From: Octopus vulgaris
Lineage: Eukaryota
Direction: 5' to 3'
DNA: 64,000 nucleotides
Assembly: GCA_951406725.2 (NCBI GenBank)
Contig: OX597828.1
Span: 29,946,001-30,010,000, forward strand
Shown: piece after piece, positions 15,181 through 28,243 of the stretch
Numbering within the stretch: the first letter of the stretch is position 1
How the letters are laid out: the number at the start of each line of letters is the position of its first letter
Notes under the pieces: generated by a model
The model's database searches: none
The model's input: only the letters and a program-made list of their open reading frames with translations
What the model was told of the DNA's origin: nothing
Made by a program: the position numbers and the translations under genes

Positions 15181-15410
15181 TATTCATTTGAAATATATAT
15201 CAAATGTCTTACTGTGCAGCTAGTTTTCTCGGTCTCATCAAGGTAAAGACATTTGAAATATATTTCAAATGAAAGCTTTCCCGATATTCGTATCGTGGCA
15301 TTTGGTACAAATGCATTTTATATGGACCACTATATGTGCATTTCTGGAATAGCAGCAACTAAAGTCATGAATATTTCTAATTTTCATTGTTTGTTCTTGT
15401 TTGTTTTGTC

Positions 15411-15995
15411 TCATAAATGACCTTTCCACGTAAACGACCTTTCCAGCATCGTAAAACACTGCGAAATAAAAGTATTTGCTGATGCCACTAAGCTCCAGTA
15501 AATCATCAATGAAGAAGAAGACCGAACTCAACTCCAGTCTGATCTATATGCGGTTAGTCAATGGGCAGACAAAAACAAAATGCAACTAAACAAGAGAATA
15601 TTTGAGCTGATGCATTTTCGAAGAAAGACTCTCTTCCTTCAGACATACTCTCTTCCTTCAGAGGAACCGATCCCAGCATCTAATAATATTAGAGACCTAG
15701 GAGTAATGTCTGATAACAATCTCAGGTGGAGTGCCCACATCAACAATAAGGTCGATATAACTCGTAGGATGAGCTCCTAGATCTTAAGAACCTTCCGGCC
15801 ACACCTTGAATATTGCTTCTTCCTGTGGTCTCCCCATACAAAGGAAAACAGCTTGAAAATTGAAAGAACCCGGAGGGCATTCACTAAATGAATTAAGGGC
15901 ATGATTGATGTCGATTACTGGGATAGCCTTAAAGCCCTGCAACTCTAATCTCTCAGCGCCGCTGCGAGTGGTACATCATTTGCACGATGTGGGGA
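15411..15995 (+). pseudogene. CR1/Jockey-group LINE ORF2 RT C-terminal remnant
   Basis: Translates to VNDLSSIVKHCEIKVFADATKL...LQSDLYAVSQWADKNKMQLN...IRDLGVMSDNNLRWSAHI...RPHLEYC..LWSPH, with stops and frameshifts. It is cut off by a TA array and the hammerhead insert. Confidence 0.85.
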
Positions 15996-16073
15996 ATATA
16001 TATATATATATATATATATTAAGTATAGGAAAAAATGGAGCTGAACGAAGATTTAACAAAGTTCCTTTATTTT

Positions 16074-16158
16074 ATTTTCGACATATGTTTCGAAGTCTGC
16101 AAAGTCCCTAATTCCGATTGAATGAGGAGTCCTTCTGCAGCTTTCTCTTCAGGAAAAT
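16074..16158 (-). ncRNA. type I hammerhead ribozyme, intact core
   Basis: Minus strand reads attttc-CTGAAGA-long stem II (gaa/ttc, ctgca/tgcag, attc/gaat)-GAAA-catatg-TC-gaaaat, with a GUC site. Confidence 0.85.
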
Positions 16159-16263
16159 CCAGGAACTTAATTCTCCAACAAAATGCACATTAATTTCATG
16201 GGCTCCTCATGAGCGTGTGTCGAAAAGCTTGTTGTGCATTTTGTTGGAGAATTAAGTTCCTGG

Positions 16264-16349
16264 ATTTTCCTGAAGAGAAAGCTGCAAAATGGACTCCTTA
16301 TTCAATCGGAATTAGGGACTTTGCAGACTTCGGAACATATGTCGAAAAT
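16264..16349 (+). ncRNA. second hammerhead copy with GAAA changed to GGAA
   Basis: Same fold as 16074-16158, but 16332-16335 reads ggaa. Confidence 0.7.
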
Positions 16350-16555
16350 AAAATAAAGGAACTTTGTTAAATCTTCGTTCAGCTCCATTTTTTCCTATAC
16401 TTAATATATAAAACTTCAAATTTCTGCACTAAGGCACGGATTTTATGCCCCATGGTCATAACTTCAACCATGCTCTTTCTGTTGTGATTTTTGATACCCA
16501 GGTATCGGTTATCATTTGAATTATCCGTAATAAGATAATTCATTTATCTACTTCA

Positions 16556-16558
<3 letters not shown>

Positions 16559-16653
<95 letters not shown>

Positions 16654-17022
16654 CTGCGTATATATATATATACATACATATATATATTTGTATGTATATA
16701 TATGTATATAAACGTATATGTATAAATATATATACGTATGTATGTATATATATATAAATATATATTTATATATGTATATATGTATGTATATATATGTATA
16801 TTTATGTATATATATATACATACTTACATATATACATATATATATATATACATACATATATATATATACATATACATATACATACATATATATATATATA
16901 TATATGTATGTATATGTATATGTATATATATATATATATGTATATATTCATACTCATATACATGTATATGTATATATATATGTATATGTATGTATATATA
17001 TATATTCACATACATATACATA

Positions 17023-17110
<88 letters not shown>
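16559..17110. repeat. long degenerate (TA)n/(TACA)n array
   Basis: Direct inspection. Confidence 0.95.
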
Positions 17111-17115
<5 letters not shown>

Positions 17116-17444
17116 ATAAGGGTAGAAATTGATATTAATCAATTAAAACCACTCGCTTAGCATATCTAAAATATCGAAAGATTAAAAATTGTGTTACATA
17201 CAAAATTAAGAGGAATGACCACTAAAGTGGACATCTAATATGCTAAACATTGACCTGAAATCTCCTCCTCTCTTCTTCCCCTTTCAACTTTCTCTTTCAC
17301 CTCTCCTCTCCATTTCTATAAAAGCCAACAAATCCTCATGAATGGATGCAAGCGCTATTAAAGTATTATCGAAAATTCGAACTGGCTCCTTCTTCTGAAC
17401 ATACAATATCTAAACATTAGTTTCAACATTCTATACATGCATAC

Positions 17445-17475
<31 letters not shown>

Positions 17476-17773
17476 CATACATGCAAACAAAAATATCCTG
17501 TTGATGTTGTTGAAATACCAGTGAATCAGCCTTGGATCTAGGTTAGAAATCGACTGTTTTTCTATTGGCAACAGATCTTGAAATATAACTGAACAATGAC
17601 ATGCATACATGCATACACCACATTCATACACACACACACACACATACATACATATATACATACATATCTATATCTATTTATATATATATGTGTGTATGTA
17701 TGTGTGTGTGTGCGTGTGTGTGTATGTGTGTGTGTATAATATATATGATAATATAAAGATGTATATATATATA

Positions 17774-18294
17774 TTAATGACGTATCTCTTCACTTCCACT
17801 CACAGATGTTTTAATTATTTTTTTTAAACTAAACAATTTGAAACTTCGTATGCTGGTGTAATTTCTCACGCTCATCATGGTTTACTATCAACATTTTTGA
17901 CAAAATTTCATATGTTAAAGTTATCGTATTTGGGCAAATTTAACTAATCAACGACATATATTCAACCGAAGAAAGTTACTGGTGTATGCGATAGTAATCG
18001 AGGAGCAACATCTTCCGGGTCAATTCTACTAAATGTCACAACTGTGTTATGTTTTGGCTTCGTTTACTGCCTCTGTTGCATATTACACTTTTTTTTTTGT
18101 TTTTCGATCTCTTTTTTGTACATTTGGATTTTGACCATTCATACAAAGAGTCGATCGAAAGCAGTTTTGTCATAAATGCTGAAAGTAAACCGTGTTCAGG
18201 CTGAGAAATTATACTAGTATACGAAGTTTCAAACTGTTTAGTTAAATAAAAAAATAATTATAAAAACTGCGAACGAAACGGAAGCGATCCTTAA
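17774..18294. mobile_element. MITE/foldback element with ~120-bp imperfect terminal inverted repeats and TTAA at both ends
   Basis: ~17786-17905 (aactaaacaatttgaaacttcgtatgctggtgtaatttctc...ggtttactatcaacatttttgacaaaa) pairs with ~18165-18288. TTAA occurs at 17774 and 18291. A Kolobok or piggyBac origin is inference only. Confidence 0.75.
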
Positions 18295-19709
18295 TGACTT
18301 GGAGACGGAATTTGATGGAAATTTGGTTGCTATATCCAGCGCCAACCGTATCGACCCATCATAGGGCTGGGAAGAGTGTGTCTTATTTAACATGTAGCAG
18401 TTATTCTTTATGTAAATTTTATTGCTTAAACCTTCAGAGAAAAATTTGCTTTTATTCCACAGAAATCCCAATTTGTAATACGAGCTAAGTAACCACCTTG
18501 ATATATTATTAGATTAACTACTCACATTTCTTAATTTCTGACATATTGTATTTGTTTCATTTTGTCTCTGGGCAATCCATATCATTTTACACGCCGAATT
18601 TAACGTGGCTGACGGGCTTGGCATTAAATCACTTTTCAAAGTTTAACTACGATAAACTAGAAATTATTAGAAGGAGAAGTTTGTCTCTAGCCCACTCAAC
18701 ACGAAGCTCACTAAAATTAAGAATCATCTGTGTGCAACCTGGAGACGTGTGAGGTAAATCTATTAATATTTGTTGATCTAAACGACTATCAACTGTCAAA
18801 TATTTATTGCTCTGAATATCATATAATCATGTTCTCACAGCAACATACCTTAATATATATACTAAGAACACGATTGTTTTGATGTACCAGACAGAGAAAC
18901 GCTGTACCAGATTGACAAGTTGTCTCGTTACTCCAGTGACACATGTCAGAATTATTTAATGCTAATATTATGTCTAAGACCCAAGGCTGATATAAATAAG
19001 CTATTGTTATATCAGGCATAAAATTGTATATCATATTGATTGTTCTACACTACTTCCATAACAATTAAATACAATGATATTGTAATAAATATTTGGCATA
19101 TTAACCGGACTGCCCTTTTAATTTTAAGGCCGATAAAAGTCTCGTAATTTCATTGACCCATATTTCAGTATTTGGTTGTTGTATATTATGAATATGGCTC
19201 AATGCCGCCAAAAATAACGTGCTCTTCAAATCAGAAATATATGTTTCTATCAGATTGTTTGATTGACAATATTTCAATAACGATAACTAGAGTGGCAAAT
19301 TGGTGCCGATAATCGTGGAATAAGCACTAATGATACAATGAATTAAGTTAGCCACTCTAGAGCATCGAATGAAATTCACTCTAGTATTTGCATATGTTTG
19401 TTAACGTTCAAAGTAAATACAGCATTGTTTATGCATCCTTAGTTAATCAGATAAGAGGTAGTGAAGCACCAAAGACCGTATAATTGACTGTCACTTAGAA
19501 GAGTCCTGTAGCATCTCTACAGTTCAGTGACTGAATACCACAGACAGAATAACAGAACAATACATTAACTCATACTCGATGCTGAAGCTGAGTGTGTGTG
19601 CGCGAGCACTTTCGATTGACAGTAATGAATGAAGGAAGCTGTAGAGATGAAGAAAGTTTTAAAAGCTTCATTATTGTTATTATTCAGCTTCAAAGTTATT
19701 AATGTTGAC

Positions 19710-20130
19710 AAGGCGAAGAGCAGGCAGCATCTTTAACACGCCGAAAAAAATGCTTAGCGGTATTTTGTACGTTTTTATGTTCTGAGTTCAAATTCCACCG
19801 AGGTTGATTTTGCCTTTCGTCCTTTCGGGGGTCGATCAGATAAGTACTAGTTGAGCAGTGGGGGTCGATGTAATCGAATTACTCCTCTCCTCAAGTTGCT
19901 GGCCTTGTGCTAAACTTTGAAAGCGTTATTACTAATATTGACTTGCCGGGGAGCTGACAGTGATGTTAACATGCCGAACAAAATGTTTAGCCGCATAAAT
20001 TCGATCGTGGTTGATCTTGCCTTTCGTCCTGACGCGATCGATAAAATAGATACCGGTTGAGCACTAGCATCAATATAGTCGACACCTCCACTCCGCCGAA
20101 ATTCCTGGCCTTGTGTCAAAATCTGAAAAC
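19710..20130 (+). mobile_element. two tandem Meta-domain-type SINE copies
   Basis: gttctgagttcaaattccaccgagg...gcctttcgtcctttcgggggtcgat...agtactagttgagca, followed by a second internally deleted copy from ~19945. Confidence 0.8.
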
Positions 20131-20307
20131 CGAATTACTCCTCTTCAAATACGTGACAGCTTGAGGCTATGGCGTTCGAATTCGATTGAAATGTGAATTA
20201 CGTTTAATATAATTACAATCATTCAATCGTAATTTTCCCCTTTCATCAAACAGGTTCTTAAGAGGGTTCATACAACTCTTCGGATTCGATTCATTTTGGC
20301 AATGTTT

Positions 20308-20355
20308 ATCATCATCACCATCACCACCACCACCACCATCTTCATCTTCTTCGTT

Positions 20356-20403
<48 letters not shown>

Positions 20404-20697
20404 GTCAACATCATCACCGTTGGCGTCGTCGTCATCCTCATTATCATCGTCGTCGTCCTCCCTCATCTTCCTCCTCCCTCTCCTCCTCCTCCACCTCCTC
20501 CTCCTCCTCATCATCACCACGACCATCATCAATATTCAGCGTTCGATAGTTTCAGGCAGATTCATACTGCATCACCTCATACACCTCCGCGTTGCTGGTG
20601 TGTGCGCGGCATTTTCTCTTCTTTTCTGTTGTTGGGGAAGTGCAAACTCTTCCTGGTATCATTCTCATCATCATCATCATCATCATCATCAGTATTA

Positions 20698-20728
<31 letters not shown>

Positions 20729-20763
20729 CAGCATTATTATCATTATTATTATTATTATTATTA

Positions 20764-20809
<46 letters not shown>

Positions 20810-20812
20810 CAT
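20308..20812. repeat. compound (CAT)/(CCT)/(ATT) trinucleotide arrays
   Basis: Direct inspection. Source of the homopolymer ORFs. Confidence 0.92.
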
Positions 20813-21298
20813 AAAATCCCGCCGGCAAAGATCAAGTCCTTATATTTCATAATACTGTAATATATATGCTTTCACATGTTGTGGTTCCCTCCAGGCTATA
20901 TGTACTATGTTGTCTCATTTTCAAATACGATCATTTACTTTTTTATATGTGGCCAAATGCAGCACGCAGTGGGCGAAATTTATTGAATAACAGAATCCCC
21001 ACCGTCGAAGCGTTATTGATATTACGAAGGTTTCTTGCACACAACATAAAAATATGAGCCAGAAATTTCTGAAGTTCCTATGGATAGATAAATCCTTTCA
21101 GAACGAAACTCTAACGATGTTTCATGCTCACATGAGTAAAGTCATCTTGTCATGAAGCAATTCGACTTGGTCATCTTTCTGAAAGTACAGAAAGCATCAA
21201 AACACTATCGTAGGATGATCCATTGAATATATAAAAGGGTGCAGAAATACACATCTTCAAATGTACGTGCATATACATACGCACAAGCACATACACAG

Positions 21299-21383
<85 letters not shown>

Positions 21384-21477
21384 GGAGTAAACACATAAAT
21401 GTGAAATAAGGTGGAAAAAAGAGTACTCAAATATCAGAGGTAGAGTAATATGCTTTATTGAAAAGCAGCAGAAATTT

Positions 21478-21530
21478 AACAAAAGCTGTTACTCGGAGTT
21501 TCACGTTCCCGTTCGTCGGACAGTTTTGTT
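21478..21530 (-). ncRNA. compact type I hammerhead-like motif (core variant CCGACGA) in a ~175-bp insert in (TA)n
   Basis: Minus strand reads aacaaaa-ctgt-CCGACGA-acg-ggaa-cgt-GAAA-ctc-c-gag-TA-acag-c-ttttgtt. Confidence 0.75.
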
Positions 21531-21554
21531 AACAAAACTGCTGCTTTAAATAAA

Positions 21555-21625
<71 letters not shown>

Positions 21626-22205
21626 GTGTGTGTGTGTGTGTGTGTGTGAGTATAAATACACATATAAGCATATATTACATGCACACATACACACACATAC
21701 AAACACGCAGAAGTGCACTCACAGGCGCAAACATACGTGCAGACACATAAGCACATACATCAACTTCTAAGTGAAAGCGATCATGTAGAGTATTTTAGTT
21801 ATTTAAATTGGATTATTTTCAAATTACTCAAGTTTCGCGACGACTCAATCCCCGGCTCTATGGAATACATTACGGTAGAAAATATAATGGAATTCTATGT
21901 ATTTAAAGTCGCATAATAATTATAAGAATATCTTTCTGTGAATCCTCTGAAAGAAATATATGATTACATTATACAAGAAAATGAGGAATATAACGTATAA
22001 AATATGAGAAAATATGCGAATGTAGGCGTACAGTATGACTTTAGGTTTGAATTAGATGGTGAAAATAAGGGCTGGTGCCTGCTAGTCCCAAAGGTGTGTT
22101 TGTATAAAGAATAGAGGTATTAAAGGATTTGTATGCTACTCTACATTGATTTAAACACACACACATATATACAGACACACATATGTGTGCGTATGTGTTT
22201 TTATG

Positions 22206-22258
<53 letters not shown>

Positions 22259-22539
22259 TTCATGTATATATATGCATATAATTTATGCATATATATATGA
22301 ATATATATGTGTGTGTATGTGTGTGTATACATGTGTGTGTGTGTAAATGTATATGCACATACATGTGCATGTATGTATGTATGTATGTATATATGTATGA
22401 ATGTATATGAAACCTCCTTTCTTTTTCCAACTCTTTTTTTGTTTAATTTTAAAAATAAATTTAAATAAGTTTTTAAAATCGAATTTTTAATCCCATTTTA
22501 TTTCATGAGTATATACAAAGGTTTTTAATATCACGCTTT

Positions 22540-22599
<60 letters not shown>

Positions 22600-22624
22600 T
22601 ATATATTTCAATAAATATGTATGT

Positions 22625-22780
22625 TGAAGAGCGTAGGCTCGAAACGTAAAAGACTTGTTTTATTTATATTCCTGAGCGCCATACTAATACAATTGTTTGT
22701 TTGTATTCCACCTGCCTTCATCTTTTGTTTATTTCCGTAAACCTGCCTTCGTCTTTTGTCTATTTTCATAAAGCTTCCCG

Positions 22781-22782
<2 letters not shown>
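22625..22782 (+). mobile_element. 5'-truncated hammerhead-bearing insert in (TA)n
   Basis: tgaagagcgtaggctcGAAAcgTA lacks C3 and the 5' strand of stem I. It contains an internal duplication acctgccttc.tcttttgt.tattt, and TA arrays flank both sides. Confidence 0.6.
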
Positions 22783-22815
<33 letters not shown>

Positions 22816-22859
22816 AATGTACGTCTAAAAAGCATACAAAATATCTGTGCATCTGAAAT

Positions 22860-23700
22860 AGAATTGAACTCTGCCTCTATAAAACACGAAGGTTAAAAGT
22901 TCTACATATTAATGAAATTGCTTATATTGAGAAAACAATGAATCCCTAGAAAGAAAAGCACAGGCCATCAGTCTTTAAACCTATGTACATCCTCTTGTGA
23001 ACATCAAAGCTGAACGTAGGAAAATTTCCATTCTATGAACACTATGACATGCTAGATTAATATTCTTCACCTTCCAAATGCAAATGGGAAATTCCATAAA
23101 TAACAACAACAAGTAAGTAACTGACCAGGCAAAACATATCACCTACTTCTATTCTTTTGTGAACCCATAAAAGAACTCCATTACAAAAATTTCGGCACAC
23201 CAAATTACTAACTTTTATACACTGGTCTAAACTTTGAACCTTTCACATTTGCATTGCTGTTAAATACGATAAAGGCAAAACAAACAACTACTGGTGAATT
23301 CTAAACTTACCTACATCCTGTTTATGAAACTCAAACAATCTGTCCCATGACCTGAAGCGAACACACCTAAACATACAAACCTTATCAAAGAGCTACAACA
23401 GGAAAATAATTTTAAATATTAGCACTAGCTCGAAATTAATTCATAGACATTTCTCCTAGCCACTTCTCTACCACGACCAATCCCACGACCTAATTATCAC
23501 AAAGATGAAACCAACATACCCAAGGAAGATGTTTTAGCTCAACAGTGATTATGTAAAGCCAGTGCATAGCAGTCGAGCGATAGCTTTGCTGGTCGAAGCT
23601 TCGAGTCCACTGCCAATAATATTCTTGTTTTAGTTGGGCGAAATTTCCAGGCCACTAACCATAATATTCTTGTTTAAAATTAATGAATTTGTATTCTACC
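22860..23700 (+). mobile_element. decayed Penelope-like 3' remnant with degenerate hammerhead
   Basis: cagtg (23543)/cactg (23608-23612) stem I with gaag-cttcgag-tc and a decayed core. The segment lies between TA arrays. Confidence 0.35.
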
Positions 23701-23856
23701 AAAGTGTAGACTAACATAGATGACGGTAAAATGCTTTTTCTTTTTTATTAAAACTGGACATAAACAATAAACATGCATGTATATTTATATATATGTGTAT
23801 ACCCCCACACACATGAATATATATATATATATATATACATACATGCACACACGTGC

Positions 23857-23897
<41 letters not shown>

Positions 23898-24000
23898 TAT
23901 ATATATATGTATATGGTGACGCATATTTGCCACGATGTGTTACCGCTACTGTTTATAACTCGCTCTGAGATTTATCATTATATGTATATGTATATATATG

Positions 24001-24068
<68 letters not shown>

Positions 24069-24497
24069 ATATGTATACATATATACATATGCATATATAC
24101 ATATACATATACAAATAAACACACAGACACACAGACTCACACACACACACACACACACACATATGTATATATATATATATATAACCTAAGGCTTGTTTGA
24201 TATATGAATAAAAAGTATCCCAGATAACCGTGAGCCAGGAATCGTATCCGATTAGAGAAATCGCACAAATGCACAATCAGGTTGCCTTCCGGCTGTTATT
24301 GGTAGTTTTTGGTAATTTTACCAGGTTGATATTATTTACTTATACATTCATATACATATATTCTTACGTACATATGTGTGTGTGTCTATAATATGTATAT
24401 GGTCATATATAATGTTATGTATATTTTTAGAAGTGTGTATATACCAGTGCATTTAAATATCCGTGTGCATATTTGTATGAGTGTGTATATATGTATG

Positions 24498-24561
<64 letters not shown>

Positions 24562-24914
24562 GTTACATGTACACACACACACACACACAAACGCACACAC
24601 ATAGAAACTTACACACACGCACGTAAATGAATGAAGTGTATGATCTATGCTTCATTATTGTAATTAAACAACGTTCCTTCGTTTCCCATTATTCATTAGA
24701 GTCTTTTAGTCTCTATCAATAGGTTAGCATTAATTTGAGATAAAATAGGTTTAAATAGGACTTCATAAATATTCTTTTGAAATGAAATATTAATGGTGGC
24801 GCGTTTTGTTTTATTGTGTTTCTACTGCTGCGAGTAACATTATGCTACGTCACCTTTTGATCTCCAGCGTAGATAAACACCAGAGTAAACAGAAGACTAA
24901 GAACAAGAAGAAGC

Positions 24915-24916
24915 TA

Positions 24917-24948
<32 letters not shown>

Positions 24949-24951
24949 CAC

Positions 24952-24996
<45 letters not shown>

Positions 24997-25069
24997 AATG
25001 ATCATGATGATCATGATGATGGTCATGATCATCTTCATCATCAACAGATACTAATATGACCATTACTAA

Positions 25070-25136
<67 letters not shown>

Positions 25137-26466
25137 TACCAATGCGATCATCATCGTCATTATCATGATCAGCATAATCATATACTAACATGATCATCAC
25201 TAGCATAATCATCATCATGATCATCATGATCATCATCATCATCATCATTATCATCATATGCTAATATGATGATGATGGTGATGATAATGATAACGATGAT
25301 GATGACCATCATCATCATCATCATCATTGGTGGTAACAGTAGCAACAGCTTTCAATAACAGCAGCATTATCATCGACATCATCATCATCATCATGATCAT
25401 GATCAAGGTGCTTATCAACACAAGCTGTGACAACGACAAGAGAAGCTACATTACTACAACTTACCATCGCCACCACTATCTCCACCACCACCGCCACCGT
25501 CACCTTGATTATCGTCACCATCACCACCACCATCGTTATAATCATGATCAATTTTATGACCAACGACACCTTCATGAACACCGCCACCATAACCTCACTA
25601 CCACTACTCCAGCAGCACAACCATCATCATCATCATCATCATCATAACATAATTTTAAGGACACGAACATCGTCGCCGTTGTCATCGTCGTGATCTTCCA
25701 CGTCACCGTCGCCACCATGACAATCATGGCTATGATCACTAGTGTGAACACCGATGCTCCTTCACCACCACCACCAGCACTAGTACCAGCACCAGCACCA
25801 GCACCACCATTATCACCACCACCATCTGTCTGCAACAATCACAACTACCATCAAGAACTAAATCACTGTATCTGTCATCACAACCACTATGATGATGATG
25901 AGGATGATGATGATGAGGAGGAGGAGGGGGAGAGGGAGGCGGATGTTGATGTTAATAATAATGGTAATGATTGTGGTAGTGGTGATAACAATGAAGATGA
26001 TGATGATGAGGAGGAGGAGGTGGGTGTTGATAAGAATAATGATAGTAATGACAGTAATGGTGGTGGTGATGATAATGATGATGAGGATGATGATGATGAT
26101 GATGATGATGGTGATGAAACTGGTGATCACAACCATCATCGTCAACCGTAAAAAATTGCTTCAATAATAAATATAGAAAAAGAAACAAGAAACAAAAAAC
26201 AAGTGTTTTTAATTAGAAATATATAAACTCATAAGGTCTCCACAGTTTTGAATTCACTCTAAGTGGACACATTGATCTTTTAGCTGGTTGGGGAAATAAT
26301 GCCTTCATCAAATAGATATTTGATGAATATATCATCATCATCATCATCAACATCATAATCATCATCATAGTCATCATAATTATCATCATAATCATCATAA
26401 TCATCATCATAATCATCATAATCATCATAATAATAATCATCATCATGATCATCCCCATCATCATCC

Positions 26467-26498
<32 letters not shown>

Positions 26499-26520
26499 AT
26501 TCTCATCATTATCATTATCA
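24915..26520. repeat. 1.6-kb compound (ATG)/(CAT)/(CAC)/(GAG) trinucleotide region with repeated orientation switches
   Basis: Direct inspection. Confidence 0.92.
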
Positions 26521-26534
26521 AAATAATATTCGTT

Positions 26535-26730
26535 GCAAATTTTGGCACAAGGCCAGCAGTTTTAGGGGAGATGCCTTAGTCAATACCTCCGAGCTCAGTA
26601 TTTCGCTGGTACCTTATTTTATCGACACGGAAACGATATATGAGGTAAGCTGATTTCAGCAGCATTTTAACACAGAACGTGGGAACCAGAAGGAAATGCG
26701 GAAAGTGTTTTTCTTTCACACTAATAATTT
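26535..26730 (-). mobile_element. decayed Meta-domain-type SINE
   Basis: tttggcacaaggccagcagttttagggg...ctggtaccttattttatcgac matches the reverse complement of the family 3' half. Confidence 0.65.
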
Positions 26731-26739
26731 TACCGGTTC

Positions 26740-27133
<394 letters not shown>

Positions 27134-27134
<1 letters not shown>

Positions 27135-28192
27135 TTGCTATTGATCTCGTGCAGGATACCCAAACTGAACAACCCGAGGGAAGTACGGCAACTATTGTTG
27201 CAAAGAAGGTGAAAATGATGGCAATGAAAAAAGCGCACGAGCAATTGGCTGATAGGTGGGAGGAGAAACCTCTGCACGGCAAATATGTGACCCGCAGCAA
27301 ACAAGCTGATGTTGACCAGAAGCAAACCCATCAGTGGCTACGGAGCTCAGGGCTAAAAGCAGAGAGCGAAGGTTTCATCCTGGCTGCTCAAGATCAAAGC
27401 CTATTAACCCGGAACTACCAGGCCAATGTGATGAAAAATGGAGCAGACCCAAAATGCCGATTCTGCAACGACATGATTGGAACAGTGGACCACCTAATCT
27501 CTGGATGTAAAGTCTTAGCACCAGTGGAGTATAAATTAAGACATGACAGAGTTGGCCAATATCTCCACTGGCTAATAAGTCGGCATTACAATATCAAAAC
27601 TGCCGACAAGTGGTATAATCACCACCCTGAGGCTGTAACTGAAGGAGAAAATGTAACCATTCTGTGGGACTTTCCAGTACATACAGACCGAACCATCAAG
27701 GCCAATAAACCAGATATTGTTGTGAAAGACCAAAACAATAAAGTTTGCTTATTGATCGACATGAGCATCCCCTGTGATCATAATATCTCAGCGAAAGAGT
27801 TTGACAAGCTCAGAAAAGATAAAGACCTACTCATTGAAATTGAGAAAATGTGGCATCTCAAGGCGGTTACAATACCAGTGATCGTAGGAGCACTAGGAAT
27901 GATCAAGAAGGGAACCGAAAATTATATGAGAATAATCCCTGGCTTACCATCCCTGCAAGAAGTGCAAAAGATAGTCTTAACTGGTACATCACACGTATTG
28001 AGAAGAGCATTGTCGATGTGAGAACTGTTGCTGCTCATGTATTTTAATTTAACTTAAAAAAAAAAAAAAAATGAACGAACTGCTGAGTTTGGTTTAATGG
28101 CCTACCAATGTATACTATGAGTTTCTTTGCCCTAGGAGTCGGGAAGACACTCGGCAAGAAATGGAAGCAAATTTGAAAGAAGAAGAAAAAAG
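27134..28192 (+). mobile_element. 5'-truncated R4/Dong-clade non-LTR retrotransposon (CCHC finger and restriction-like endonuclease), frame open
   Basis: ORF 27149-28021 contains KPLHG, AAQDQ, CRFC..DHLISGC, RHD, KPDIV..IDMSIP and PVIVGALG. A 3'UTR and then (TAA)n follow, and (TAA)n also lies upstream. Confidence 0.93.
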
Positions 28193-28243
28193 TAATAATA
28201 ATAATAATAATAATGGTGATAATGATAATAGTAATATTAATGA

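Larger units (their letters stand above)
16013..16560 (+). mobile_element. hammerhead-bearing pseudo-LTR-like insert with 5' inverted duplication, in (TA)n
   Basis: Arms 16013-16189 and 16233-16410 are near-perfect reverse complements around a 43-bp spacer. Unique sequence continues to 16560, and TA arrays flank both sides. Confidence 0.8.

Noticed and set aside
25690-26151. 153-aa Pro/Asp/His-rich ORF
   Set aside because: It lies wholly within the compound trinucleotide region, with no splice or domain evidence.
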